Source of the DNA: an uncultured Gammaproteobacteria bacterium
GTDB taxonomy: Bacteria; Patescibacteriota; Patescibacteriia; UBA11705; DATKZF01
Assembly (NCBI GenBank): GCA_964411255.1
Contig: CAYPKD010000004.1
Coordinates: 13,093-77,092 of the forward strand
DNA length: 64,000 nucleotides
Reading direction: 5' to 3'
Under the pieces are notes generated by a model. It made no database searches, was not told the DNA's origin, and saw only the letters and a program-made list of their open reading frames with translations. Position numbers and translations under genes: made by a program. How positions within the stretch are numbered: position 1 is the stretch's first letter; each line of letters begins with the position of its first letter. Positions 1-9,516 of the stretch are shown in pieces.

Positions 1-219
1 GTTTTAGATAAATTCAAAAAGATTTGTGAGCAAAATTTAAGCACTGTAGTTTATTCTGGGATTAAAATGGTCAGCTATCATAATAAAGTGATAAAAATCA
101 GCTGTCAAAATAGCGCCATTGCCCAGGAAGTAAAGCTAAATCAACAAAAATTAATAGATGCATTAAATAAAAAAGAAGGAAGACAAGTAGTAGAGAAATT
201 ATCAATAATATTCACATAA
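1..219 (+). CDS. 3' end of a DUF721/DciA-like protein (partial; continues upstream of window)
   Basis: Frame-1 translation (..KISCQNSAIAQEVKLNQQKLIDALNKKEGRQVVEKLSIIFT*) resembles the C-terminal region of DUF721-type proteins. Stop TAA at 217-219. Partial, so low confidence. Confidence 0.35.
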   Translation, partial: VLDKFKKICEQNLSTVVYSGIKMVSYHNKVIKISCQNSAIAQEVKLNQQKLIDALNKKEGRQVVEKLSIIFT

Positions 220-286
220 AATAAGCAGAAAATTCACTTGCCAAACGTATTTTTTCCTGCTAAAATAATTGCAAATAGCGTGAGTT

Positions 287-670
287 ATGACTTTACGTAA
301 ATATTTAATTTTTTTATTCGTTTGTACAGGCTTTTGCTGGCTGACCTGGTTTTTTGTCATCAGATATACTAATCCTGAAACTACAGGATGGCTGGGCTTT
401 GCATTTTTTTATTTAAGCCTGTTCGTCTCTTTAGTTGGAACATTTTCAATTTTTGGTTTTTTAGTCAGAACGATGTTTAAAAGAGAAGAAGTTATTTATA
501 AAAAAATAGACGTATCAAGCAGGCAGTCAATTATTTTAAGCTTATTAATAATTATCAGCTTAATTCTTCAGTCACAAAGACTGATGACCTGGTGGAATTT
601 TGTGATTTTAGTGGCTGCTATTTCATTAGTTGAAATATTTTTTATTTCTTATCGTAAATTTCGTAATTAA
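287..670 (+). CDS. hypothetical small membrane protein (3-4 predicted TM helices)
   Basis: ORF track. Strongly hydrophobic segments. No recognisable family. Confidence 0.4.
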   Translation: MTLRKYLIFLFVCTGFCWLTWFFVIRYTNPETTGWLGFAFFYLSLFVSLVGTFSIFGFLVRTMFKREEVIYKKIDVSSRQSIILSLLIIISLILQSQRLMTWWNFVILVAAISLVEIFFISYRKFRN

Positions 671-775
671 ATCCGAATCCACGAATGTATCCGGATACCC
701 CAAATGCCCCGAATAAAAAATAAAATTAATATTCGAGGTATTCGGATGGGAAATTCGGGTCATTCGGATTAATCT

Positions 776-2041
776 ATGAGACAAACAAAATACTTTCTCA
801 AAACACTAAAAGAAAAACCAAAAGATGAGCCGTCAGTAAATGCGGAATTTTTAATCCGTGGTGGGTTTGTAGACAAATTAATGTCTGGCGTATATTCTTA
901 TTTGCCAGTCGGTTTTAGAGTTTTAAATAATATAAAAAGAATTGTTCGAGAAGAGATGGATAAACTGGGAACTCATGAATTGTTAATGCCAGCTTTGCAG
1001 CCAAAAGAATTGTGGCAGGAAACCGGACGCTGGGATGAGGGTAAAGAAATTATGTTCCAGTTTACAGGCAGGTCAGGGAAAGGCGTCGGTCTTGGATGGA
1101 CCCATGAAGAAGTGATCACAGATATTGTTCGTACAAGAATCAAGTCATATAAAGATCTTCCAGTTGCTTTATATCAGATTCAGGATAAATTCAGGAATGA
1201 GCCTCGGGCGAAATCAGGGCTTTTGCGTGGGATTGAATTCTCAATGAAAGATCTGTACAGCTTTCATAAAGATAATAATGACTTTGAAGAATTTTATGAA
1301 AAGGTAAAAACTGCGTATTTGGTTATATTCAAACGCTGTGGTTTAGATTCAATAATAACTGAAGCCTCAGGAGGAGATTTTACAGAAAAATTTTCTCATG
1401 AATTTCAGGTTGCATGTCCAACAGGTGAGGATACTGTCATTCACTGCACAGATTGTGATTTTTCCAAAAATAAGGAAATAGTTGATAAAAAGGAGCTAAA
1501 AGATGTTTGTCCAAAATGCGGCTCAAAGCTAAAGGCTGAAAATGCCATAGAGGTTGGTAATATATTTCCTTTAGAAACAAAATACTCTCATCAGATGAAA
1601 GCAGTTTACACAGATGAAAATGGCAAGCAGCAGCCTGTTATTATGGGTTGTTATGGATTGGGACCAAGCCGAGTAATGGGTTCAATCGTAGAAGTTCATC
1701 ATGATGAAAAAGGAATAATTTGGCCGTGGGAAATAGCACCATTTAAGATCCATTTAGTTGGCATTGGGCTGGATGACGCAGTGGTAAAAAAACAGGCTAC
1801 AGCCATATATAATGTGTTAAATAAAAAATATGCTGATAATGTTCTGTTTGATGACAGGGAAAATAAAACAGCCGGCGCAAAATTAGCAGATAGTGACTTG
1901 ATCGGCCTCCCAATTCGGATAGTAGTTAGTCCAAAGACCTTGGAAAAGCAGAGCTTTGAAATAAAAAGGAGAAAAGAGACAGATTCAAAGTTGATGAAAA
2001 TAAAGCGATTGGAGGAGGCAATTGAAGATTATTATGTTTAA
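776..2041 (+). CDS. proS: prolyl-tRNA synthetase, short form lacking the INS editing domain, with a Cys4 zinc-ribbon insertion
   Basis: N-terminus (..GGFVDKLMSGVYSYLPVGFRVLNNIKRIVREEMDKLG..LMPALQPKELWQETGRW) matches bacterial class II ProRS motifs. CTDCD..CPKCG insertion. Anticodon-binding-like C-terminus. 421 aa. Confidence 0.85.
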   Translation: MRQTKYFLKTLKEKPKDEPSVNAEFLIRGGFVDKLMSGVYSYLPVGFRVLNNIKRIVREEMDKLGTHELLMPALQPKELWQETGRWDEGKEIMFQFTGRSGKGVGLGWTHEEVITDIVRTRIKSYKDLPVALYQIQDKFRNEPRAKSGLLRGIEFSMKDLYSFHKDNNDFEEFYEKVKTAYLVIFKRCGLDSIITEASGGDFTEKFSHEFQVACPTGEDTVIHCTDCDFSKNKEIVDKKELKDVCPKCGSKLKAENAIEVGNIFPLETKYSHQMKAVYTDENGKQQPVIMGCYGLGPSRVMGSIVEVHHDEKGIIWPWEIAPFKIHLVGIGLDDAVVKKQATAIYNVLNKKYADNVLFDDRENKTAGAKLADSDLIGLPIRIVVSPKTLEKQSFEIKRRKETDSKLMKIKRLEEAIEDYYV

Positions 2042-3089
2042 ACGATTTTTAAATAAATTTTCAAAAAAAATCGGTATTGATTTAGGTACTTCTAATACAA
2101 CTATATGTATTCAGGAAAAAGGAATTATCATAAATGAGCCGTCAATTGTTGCAATTAATAATCGTTTTGATCAGATAATTGCAGTTGGAGAAGAAGCTCA
2201 AAAGATGCTTGGCAAAACGCCAAGATTTATAACCATTTCAAAACCCCTAGTTAACGGAATTATTTCTGATTTTGAAGTAACTGAAAAGATGCTTAAATAT
2301 TTTATTGATAAAATCCAGCATGAAAGCCTGAATTTGTCTGCCAGGCCAATGGTGGTTATCGGTATTCCTCTTGATGTTACAGAAGTTGAAAAAAAAGCGG
2401 TTGAAGACGCAGCCTTGGGAGCTGGAGCTGGGCAGGTTTATTTGGTAGAAGAAGTTATGGCTGCTGCTATCGGAGCCAGGCTGCCGATCCAGGATCCGTC
2501 CGGAAGTTTGATTATAAATTTAGGCGGCGGCAAAACAGAGATAGCAGTTACCTCATTAAATGGAATAGTTACCTGGCGTTCTTTAGATATTGCTGGGGAA
2601 GAGCTCAACAAAAATATAATTTATTATGCTAGAGACCATTTTAATTTATTGATAGGCGAAAAGATAGCTGAAAATATTAAGACAACAATTGGGTCAGCTC
2701 ATCAGGATGGAGAATCCTCGTCAATTGAAATGCGCGGCCGTGATTTAATAACCGGTCTGCCGAAGGAAATTATAGTAGATGATTATCAAATCAGAGAAGC
2801 AATGAAAGCATCTATTAATTCTATTATTGAAAATATTAAAACGACGCTGGAAAATACTCCGCCGGAATTGGTGGCTGATATTTATGAAAGGGGAGTCGTA
2901 CTGACTGGCGGCGGCGCACTGCTTCGTGGCATTGATAAAGCGATTTCTTCCAGTATAGAAATTCCTGTTCGAGTAGCTGACGACCCGCAGACATGCACTA
3001 TCAGAGGGCTGAATATTTTGCTGGAAGACAGTAAGCTACTAAATGAAGTGGAATTACCTCCGGCGAATGAAGAAAGAGTGGTTAGATAA
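2022..3089 (+). CDS. mreB: rod-shape-determining actin homolog MreB (probable true start at the ATG at 2034, MFKRF..)
   Basis: IGIDLGTSNTTI phosphate-1 motif. Overall actin/MreB fold signature. Followed by mreC, a mreD-like gene and PBP2, the canonical order. Confidence 0.9.
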   Translation: MKIIMFKRFLNKFSKKIGIDLGTSNTTICIQEKGIIINEPSIVAINNRFDQIIAVGEEAQKMLGKTPRFITISKPLVNGIISDFEVTEKMLKYFIDKIQHESLNLSARPMVVIGIPLDVTEVEKKAVEDAALGAGAGQVYLVEEVMAAAIGARLPIQDPSGSLIINLGGGKTEIAVTSLNGIVTWRSLDIAGEELNKNIIYYARDHFNLLIGEKIAENIKTTIGSAHQDGESSSIEMRGRDLITGLPKEIIVDDYQIREAMKASINSIIENIKTTLENTPPELVADIYERGVVLTGGGALLRGIDKAISSSIEIPVRVADDPQTCTIRGLNILLEDSKLLNEVELPPANEERVVR

Positions 3090-3156
3090 AGCAGCCGTTT
3101 CAAGTTCTGTAAATAATGTCCGAAATATTTAGTTTCGGATTTATTTTCCAATATTT

Positions 3157-3975
3157 ATGCAAGTAACAAAAATAACAAAAATAGTGGCAATAGTTTTAAT
3201 CTCCTTGGTATTAATAATAGTTTTGCATTATACTGGGATTTTACGGCCAATAGAAAATGCGCTATCAGCTGTTTTGCGTCCAATCCAAAATAAGGTTTTT
3301 AGCTTGTCAGGAAGAATTAATGATGTTTATTATGATCAAAAATCCAAGCAGGACCTACTATTTGAAAACCAGAAGCTCAAGGACGAATTAATTGCAAAAC
3401 AATATTCAGAAAGCAAAATTAAAGAGCTGGAGCAGCAAAATGAATTTTTGCGTAAACAGGTCAGCTTCTTTTCAGAACGAAATATAAACGGTATAGCAGC
3501 CAATGTCATTGGCCGGAGCCAAGACAATTTTCAGAATTTTTTAATTCTAGATAAAGGGGAAAAACAGGGAATAATAGAAGGCTATGCGGTAACCATTCAG
3601 GACGTAGTGATTGGAAAAATTTATGACGTTTCCAAGTACACCTGTAGGGTTCTGCTGATAAACGATACTTTTTCCAAGTTGGCTGTTTCAGTTCAAAATA
3701 AGGATTATTCAATTGGAATTTTGAGCGGCGAATACGGCCTGGGTTTGAGAATTGACCTAATCCCGCAGAATGAAAAAATTAGCGAAGGGGATTATGTCAT
3801 TACCTCAGGTCTGGAAGAAAATGTTTCCCGCGGATTATATGTCGGTCAGATTGATAGTATTATTTATACAGAAGGAGAATTGTTCCAGACTGCTTTTGTC
3901 AAATCGCCGATTGACTTTAATAAAATAAATTTAGTCAGCATTTTGCAGGTTTCTTATGATAGTGAAAACAATTAA
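3157..3975 (+). CDS. mreC: rod-shape-determining protein MreC
   Basis: N-terminal TM, coiled-coil segment, then a C-terminal beta domain typical of MreC. Position between mreB and the mreD-like gene. Confidence 0.8.
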   Translation: MQVTKITKIVAIVLISLVLIIVLHYTGILRPIENALSAVLRPIQNKVFSLSGRINDVYYDQKSKQDLLFENQKLKDELIAKQYSESKIKELEQQNEFLRKQVSFFSERNINGIAANVIGRSQDNFQNFLILDKGEKQGIIEGYAVTIQDVVIGKIYDVSKYTCRVLLINDTFSKLAVSVQNKDYSIGILSGEYGLGLRIDLIPQNEKISEGDYVITSGLEENVSRGLYVGQIDSIIYTEGELFQTAFVKSPIDFNKINLVSILQVSYDSENN

Positions 3976-4489
3976 AGTAACACTGTTTCTATTCATTGTT
4001 TTTATAATGCAAGTTAGTTTTTTGCCTGGCCTTTTTTATCCATTAAATAAACTAAATATATTTTTACCGGTATTAATATTTTTTCTCGTTTTATATGAAG
4101 AAAAAGTAACCATGATCTATGCAATTGTTTTTTCTGTCTTTTTGGCGATTTCTTCTTCCTTGCCCTTAATTTTAAGTATTTTTGTTTTGCCATTAGCAAT
4201 CGCAATTTTAGTAAAAATTTACAATCGTTTTTTTACAAACAAATCAATATATTCACTTTTGCTTCTCAATTTACTCCTTCTTTTATTTTATCAAATCATA
4301 AATACAGTTTTTTTTCTGATATATTATTTTTATAATTATAAGACATTTTCCGCTGCGATTAATTACAATGCAATCCTAAATAGTTTTATCTGGCAGGCAG
4401 TGCTATCAAGCGTTTTTGTTTTTATCGCATTTTTCTTTGTTAATTATCTTTCAAATAAATTAAAAACAGTATTTATTGACGCAACATAA
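3956..4489 (+). CDS. MreD-like polytopic membrane protein
   Basis: Very hydrophobic 177-aa ORF overlapping the mreC stop, immediately upstream of PBP2. Assignment rests on position and hydropathy only. Confidence 0.5.
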   Translation: MIVKTIKVTLFLFIVFIMQVSFLPGLFYPLNKLNIFLPVLIFFLVLYEEKVTMIYAIVFSVFLAISSSLPLILSIFVLPLAIAILVKIYNRFFTNKSIYSLLLLNLLLLLFYQIINTVFFLIYYFYNYKTFSAAINYNAILNSFIWQAVLSSVFVFIAFFFVNYLSNKLKTVFIDAT

Positions 4490-4495
4490 AATATT

Positions 4496-6505
4496 ATGGC
4501 CAAGCAGGATCAAAACGAACCAGTAGAAAAAAAATTTGATTTTTTTGAATTGACAAAATTGAAGGACAATAAGCTTCATAGAAACAGCCGGCTGAGCTGG
4601 ACAGAAGAAGCTTATATCAATTTTTCTGACAAGGAAATAAATAAATCAAACAAGATTTTTTTTGGACTTTCGATCGGCAATAAAGTTCTTAAGGTTTTTT
4701 TATTTATAATATTTATTAGCCTGGGCATACTACTTGGACGGGCAGTACAGCTTCAGGTCGTTCAGGGTGATGAATATTTACAAACTGCTGAACAAAACCG
4801 TCTTCGGGTTCATTATGTAAAAGCTTCACGCGGGATAATTTATGACCGACAGGGGCGGCCCTTGGTTTCAAATATTCCAAATTTTAATCTTTTTATAACT
4901 CCTTTTGATTTTCCACAAGACGAGCAAAAACAACAGAACATAAAACAGAATTTGGAGCAAATTATTAACGCTGATTTGACAGAGAACATGGAGGATGCTC
5001 TAAAAAAAGACCCAAGGCAAAAGGAATATTTTGAGCCATTGATTTTGTTTGAAAACATTCCTTATCAAAAAGCGCTCCAGCTGGAAATAATGACAGTTAA
5101 TATGCCGGGTATTTCGATCGAATATGATACTAAGAGGCATTATATGTTTGCATTACCAGAAGTGGAGGATCCTTTTTTATACAATAGTTTGTCTCATGTA
5201 ATAGGATATGAAGGAAAATTATCAGAAAATGAATACGATGATTTGCGAGGCATTGGTTACTTATTAAATGACCGTATTGGAAAAACTGGCATTGAATACA
5301 GCTATGAACAAGTATTACGCGGCAATCATGGAAAAAAACAGGTTGAGGTTGATTCTCAGGGTAAGGAAAAAAAGATAATCGCAAAAGAAAAGGCAGAGCG
5401 AGGCAAAGGGGTGATTCTCTCAATTGATCTGGAAGTTCAAAATAAGCTTGAAGAAATCTTAAGAAATTCATTAGTAAAGAATGAAAAGAAAAAAGGAGTG
5501 GCTGTTGCCATGAACCCGCAAAACGGAGAGATATTAGCAATGATCAGCCTGCCAAGCTATGATAATAATGATTTTGCGACTGGAATTGAAGCAGATAAAT
5601 ACAAGCTTTTAATAGAAAATGAAAATAATCCGTTATTTAACCGTACTATAAAAGGCGAATATCCTTCAGGCTCGACTATAAAGCCGGTAATTGCCAGCGC
5701 AGCGCTGGAAGATGGAATTGTTAATGAAAATACAAGTTTTTTAAGCACTGGCGGCATCAGAATTGGTGAATGGTTTTTTCCAGACTGGAAAGCAGGCGGT
5801 CATGGATTAACAGATGTAAAAAAAGCAATATCTGATTCTGTCAATACATATTTTTACACTGTTGGTGGCGGTCATGGAGATTTTGAAGGCCTTGGAGTAA
5901 AAAAAATTAATTATTACGCTGCTTTGTTTGGCCTGGGCCAGCAGACTGGCATTGATTTAGCTGGTGAAAAACCTGGGTTTTTACCAACTCCAGAATGGAA
6001 ATATGAAATAAAAGAGGAGCAATGGTATATTGGCGACACTTATCATTTATCAATTGGACAAGGCGATTTACTGGTAACGCCACTTCAAATTGCTAATTTT
6101 ACGTCTGTTTTTGCAAATAAAGGCAAATTTATAAAGCCGCATTTGGTCAGGCAATTCATTGATCCAGAACAGAAAACAATATTTGAGAGAAAAGTTGAAA
6201 TTGAAAGAGAGGACTTCATTGATCCGTATAACATAGACATTGTCAGGCAGGGTTTAAGACAGGCAGTAACTTTTGGCAGTGCGCGATTATTAAATTCCTT
6301 GCCAGTAACTGCAGGTGCAAAGACTGGAACTGCCCAGTGGGGAAAGGACAGAGATCCTCATGCCTGGTTTACCAGCTTTGCCCCATATGAAAATTCTGAA
6401 ATTGTTGTTACAGTATTAGTAGAAGAAGGTGAAGAGGGCAGTACTGTGGCAGCACCAATTGCCTATGAATTTTTGATGTGGTATTTTAATGAGTATAAGG
6501 GCTGA
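4496..6505 (+). CDS. mrdA: penicillin-binding protein 2 (elongasome transpeptidase)
   Basis: N-terminal TM plus dimerisation domain. Transpeptidase motifs SGSTIKP, SxN-like and KTGTAQ. Downstream of the mreB, mreC and mreD-like genes. Confidence 0.9.
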   Translation: MAKQDQNEPVEKKFDFFELTKLKDNKLHRNSRLSWTEEAYINFSDKEINKSNKIFFGLSIGNKVLKVFLFIIFISLGILLGRAVQLQVVQGDEYLQTAEQNRLRVHYVKASRGIIYDRQGRPLVSNIPNFNLFITPFDFPQDEQKQQNIKQNLEQIINADLTENMEDALKKDPRQKEYFEPLILFENIPYQKALQLEIMTVNMPGISIEYDTKRHYMFALPEVEDPFLYNSLSHVIGYEGKLSENEYDDLRGIGYLLNDRIGKTGIEYSYEQVLRGNHGKKQVEVDSQGKEKKIIAKEKAERGKGVILSIDLEVQNKLEEILRNSLVKNEKKKGVAVAMNPQNGEILAMISLPSYDNNDFATGIEADKYKLLIENENNPLFNRTIKGEYPSGSTIKPVIASAALEDGIVNENTSFLSTGGIRIGEWFFPDWKAGGHGLTDVKKAISDSVNTYFYTVGGGHGDFEGLGVKKINYYAALFGLGQQTGIDLAGEKPGFLPTPEWKYEIKEEQWYIGDTYHLSIGQGDLLVTPLQIANFTSVFANKGKFIKPHLVRQFIDPEQKTIFERKVEIEREDFIDPYNIDIVRQGLRQAVTFGSARLLNSLPVTAGAKTGTAQWGKDRDPHAWFTSFAPYENSEIVVTVLVEEGEEGSTVAAPIAYEFLMWYFNEYKG

Positions 6506-6545
6506 TTTACGAGGATATTGGCCCATTGTTATATAGATTTCCAAT

Positions 6546-6620
6546 CCCGCTGCCCTGAACGTCATTCCCGCGGAAGCGGGAATTTCTTAATAGTTTTGTA
6601 TAACCCAAAGCTGCGGTAAT
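6546..6620 (+). repeat. dispersed GC-rich hairpin repeat element, copy 1 (about 75 bp; GCTGCCCTGAACGTCATTCC-hairpin-GGAATTTCTTAATAGTTTTGTATAACCCAAAGCTGCGG)
   Basis: About 85% identity by eye to copies at 61021-61092 (reverse), 52385-52500 (reverse) and 41804-41868. Partial similarity to 59600-59672. Confidence 0.55.
6564..6590 (+). terminator. GC-rich hairpin (ATTCCCGCGGAAGCGGGAAT) plus T-rich tail downstream of mrdA. It is part of repeat element copy 1.
   Basis: Perfect 8-bp stem with GGAA loop, followed by TTCTT. Lies 60 nt after the mrdA stop. Confidence 0.5.
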
Positions 6621-6634
6621 GTATACATATAAAT

Positions 6635-7309
6635 ATGAAAGAAAAACCAAAACAATCACTTGAAAATCAATTGCAAATGGCCCGCCCCAAGCGTGCTGAA
6701 GTTAAGCGTGTCCCTTTGACTCCAGAAGAAAAGGAATTTTTAGGTGAGATTATGGATAAGGCTGTGGCAGCAGAAAAGGCAGGGAAGCTGCAAGAAGCAT
6801 TAGATTTATATACTGATTATAAAAATGAATTATTAAAAATTAAAGAAGAAAAAGAAAAATTTGATAAAATAAAAGAAGAACCAGGCATTAAAAGCCTGAT
6901 TGCTATGGGTTTAGATAGAAAATTTATTGAAGAAAACTTTGATCTGACAAAGCTACCTGAGATTAAATCAAAAGGTGACCTGTTATTTAGTGGCATGAAA
7001 ATTAAAGAATTTCCTAATATAACGGTTAATGGCAATTTGGATTTGGGAAGCTCAACAATTAATAAATGGGATAGCGGGGGATTAATGATTAATGGAGATT
7101 TTATTTTATCTGCCGTAGATACAAAGTCATTGCCAGATGGTATATTTGTTGTTGGAAATGTATATTTGCAGAATTCAACAATACAGGATTTGCCTGATGA
7201 ATTTCATGTTGACAGAGATATATATGTTAAAAATTGTAATGCTAAAGTAAAACAAAAAGCTCAAGTGTTAAAGGTAACTGGAAGAATTAAAGGAAGTGTA
7301 CATAATTAG
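6635..7309 (+). CDS. expanded paralog family member A1: conserved N-terminal QMARPKR/LTPEEK helical module plus variable C-terminal LPxxLxVxG repeat domain
   Basis: N-terminal 65 aa near-identical to 14 other ORFs in the window. C-terminal repeats (..LPDGIFVVGNVYLQNSTIQDLPDEFHVDRDIYV..) and a ..TGRIKGSV tail. Confidence 0.8.
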   Translation: MKEKPKQSLENQLQMARPKRAEVKRVPLTPEEKEFLGEIMDKAVAAEKAGKLQEALDLYTDYKNELLKIKEEKEKFDKIKEEPGIKSLIAMGLDRKFIEENFDLTKLPEIKSKGDLLFSGMKIKEFPNITVNGNLDLGSSTINKWDSGGLMINGDFILSAVDTKSLPDGIFVVGNVYLQNSTIQDLPDEFHVDRDIYVKNCNAKVKQKAQVLKVTGRIKGSVHN

Positions 7310-7337
7310 AAAATTCAAGCTGAAGATTTAAAAATTT

Positions 7338-8048
7338 ATGCATGAAAAAAGTTCAAAATCTTTCGAATCCCAACTCCAAATGGCCCGCCCCAAGCGTGCT
7401 GAGGTTAAGCGTGTGCCTTTAACTCCAGAAGAGAAAGAATTTTTAAGAAAAATTATGGATAAGGCAGTGGCTGCGGAAAAGGCTGGAGATTTGCAGCAAG
7501 CTTTGAATTTATATACGGATTATAAAAATGAATTATTAAAAATTAAAGAAGAAAAAGAAAAAAAAGAAAAAGAAGAAAAAGAAGAACGAGGGGGAATTAA
7601 ATGGACAAAGGAAAAATTAGAAAACTGGATTGCTAGCATTGGAATTGCTGAAGAAGATTTTGTGGAACAATATTTTGATTTATCCAAGTTGCCAAAATTA
7701 GAATCAAAAGGTTCTTTGGATTTCAGCAACCTTATGATTGATATGTTTCCTGCTGATATGAAAGTTAAAGGAACTCTTACGTTGAGTAAATCAGTATTTA
7801 GAAAGGGGTTTGGTTCCGGATTGATCGTTAAAGGAGATCTAATAATGAATCGTTCAGCTATTAGTCATTTACCTAATAATATAAAAATTGATGGTAAATT
7901 AATTTTACGAAATTCAACAGTACAAGATTTACCTGATGATATATACATTGGTTCAGATATTTGGGTTGGAAATTGTAAAGAAAAAGTAATTGAAAAAGCA
8001 GGAAGACTTAAAGCTGAAGGAAAAATTAAAGGTGATGTTAAATATTAA
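7338..8048 (+). CDS. paralog family member A2 (mosaic with A4)
   Basis: Same N-terminal module. Central ERGGIKWTKEKLENWIASIGIAEEDFVE and C-terminal LPDDIYIGSDIWVGNCKEKVIEKAGRLKAEGKIKGDVKY are identical to A4. Confidence 0.8.
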   Translation: MHEKSSKSFESQLQMARPKRAEVKRVPLTPEEKEFLRKIMDKAVAAEKAGDLQQALNLYTDYKNELLKIKEEKEKKEKEEKEERGGIKWTKEKLENWIASIGIAEEDFVEQYFDLSKLPKLESKGSLDFSNLMIDMFPADMKVKGTLTLSKSVFRKGFGSGLIVKGDLIMNRSAISHLPNNIKIDGKLILRNSTVQDLPDDIYIGSDIWVGNCKEKVIEKAGRLKAEGKIKGDVKY

Positions 8049-8056
8049 TATCAAGT

Positions 8057-8764
8057 ATGAAATCAGAAAAAGCTGCACAATCACTCGAATCCCAACTTCA
8101 AATGGCCCGCCCGCGGCGCCATGAGGTTAAGCGTGTGCCTTTAACACCTGAAGAAAAGGGATTTCTCGGCGATATTATGGATAAGGCAGTGGCTGCGGAA
8201 AAGGCTGGAAAACTAGCTGAGGCAATTGAATTTTATACAGATTATAAAAATGAATTATTAAAAATTAAAAATAGGATTGAGAAAGAAGAAAGAGGGGAAA
8301 TAGAATGGACAAAGGAAAATCTGGTGGAGTGGGCAAAAGATATAGGTAAGGATGAAAAATTTGTAGAAGATAATTTTGACTTAACTAAATTACCTAAACT
8401 TGAAACAAAGAGCGATTTGACCTTAGATTTTGCAGTTATAGATAAATTCCCTGCAGCAATGAAAGTTAATGGAACGCTTATTATGAACAATGCAACCATA
8501 AAAAAATGGATTGGAACCAATTTAAGTATTAGAAGAAATTTATTTTTGTTTGGAGCAAAAACTGATTATCTGCCAGATAATACTATGGTCTTTCAAGGCA
8601 ACCTCGATATAAGCCAAAGTTCAATTAAAGATTTGCCAGATGATATCTTTATTGGAGGTAGTATTTCAATTGAAGGCGCAAAGCATGAAAAAAAATTAGC
8701 CCAAAAAGCAAGAGAATTAAAAGCCAAAGAGCAAATTGAGGGAGAAATTATTACTAATATGTAG
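8057..8764 (+). CDS. paralog family member A3
   Basis: Same N-terminal module (MKSEKAAQSLESQLQMARPRRHEVKRVPLTPEEKGFLGDIMDKAVAAEKAG..). Divergent C-terminal repeat region. Tail ..AKEQIEGEIITNM. Confidence 0.8.
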   Translation: MKSEKAAQSLESQLQMARPRRHEVKRVPLTPEEKGFLGDIMDKAVAAEKAGKLAEAIEFYTDYKNELLKIKNRIEKEERGEIEWTKENLVEWAKDIGKDEKFVEDNFDLTKLPKLETKSDLTLDFAVIDKFPAAMKVNGTLIMNNATIKKWIGTNLSIRRNLFLFGAKTDYLPDNTMVFQGNLDISQSSIKDLPDDIFIGGSISIEGAKHEKKLAQKARELKAKEQIEGEIITNM

Positions 8765-8797
8765 TCTGTCGATGAGTTTATTTAACTAAAAATATTT

Positions 8798-9508
8798 ATG
8801 AAAAAAGAACAACAATCATTCGAATCCCAACTCCAGATGGCCAGACCAAAACGATCTGAGGTTAAGCGTGTCCCATTGACTCCAGAGGAAAAGGAATTTC
8901 TGGGTGAGATTATGGGCAAGGCTGTGGCTGCTGAGAAAGCTGGGGAATTGAAAGAGGCTTTGAATTTATATACGGATTATAAAAATGAATTATTTAAAAT
9001 TAAAGAAGAAAAAGAAAAAAAAGAAAAAGAAAAAGAAAAAGAAGAACGAGGGGGAATTAAATGGACAAAGGAAAAATTAGAAAACTGGATTGCTAGCATT
9101 GGAATTGCTGAAGAAGATTTTGTTGAAAATCATTTCAATTTATTTAAATTACCAAAATTAGAATCAAAAGGTTTTTTAAATTTCAGCAACCTAATGATTG
9201 CCACATTTCCAGCCAATATGGAAGTGAATGGAGATCTTATACTGCAAAATGCTGAGGTAAAAAAATGGATTGGCTCTGGATTGAGAATAACAGGAGGTTG
9301 CAAATGTGTCAGCGCAAAAATAAAAAATTTGCCAGAAAGAACTACGATTCATGGTGATCTGTCAATAATAAATTCAACTATTGAGGATTTACCTGATGAT
9401 ATATACATTGGTTCAGATATTTGGGTTGGAAATTGTAAAGAAAAAGTAATTGAAAAAGCAGGAAGACTTAAAGCTGAAGGAAAAATTAAAGGTGATGTTA
9501 AATATTAA
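8798..9508 (+). CDS. paralog family member A4 (mosaic with A2)
   Basis: Same N-terminal module. A middle block different from A2 is flanked by blocks identical to A2. Confidence 0.8.
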   Translation: MKKEQQSFESQLQMARPKRSEVKRVPLTPEEKEFLGEIMGKAVAAEKAGELKEALNLYTDYKNELFKIKEEKEKKEKEKEKEERGGIKWTKEKLENWIASIGIAEEDFVENHFNLFKLPKLESKGFLNFSNLMIATFPANMEVNGDLILQNAEVKKWIGSGLRITGGCKCVSAKIKNLPERTTIHGDLSIINSTIEDLPDDIYIGSDIWVGNCKEKVIEKAGRLKAEGKIKGDVKY

Positions 9509-9516
9509 TATCAAGT

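Noticed and set aside
2882-3151. Minus-strand ORFs inside mreB, mreC, mrdA, serS, clpB, priA, def and fmt (for example 2882..3151, 3336..3527, 4840..5058, 5130..5540, 11864..12046, 31003..31200, 34760..34957, 36621..36818, 37669..37920)
   Set aside because: They are antisense to genes with clear family motifs. They have no independent support.
6546-6620. Repeat element copies as tRNA or tRNA-like genes
   Set aside because: They are too short (about 75 nt with a single dominant hairpin). There is no cloverleaf and no T-loop GTTC(A/G)A consensus.
6817-7035. Family of antisense ORFs (6817..7035, 7520..7729, 8242..8520, 9762..10055, 52871..53224, 55468..55818, 56267..56485, 58302..58502, 58959..59375), many ending ..IFNNSFL
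   Set aside because: They lie antisense inside the conserved N-module of the paralog genes. Their mutual similarity is a mirror image of the sense-strand conservation. They are shadow ORFs.
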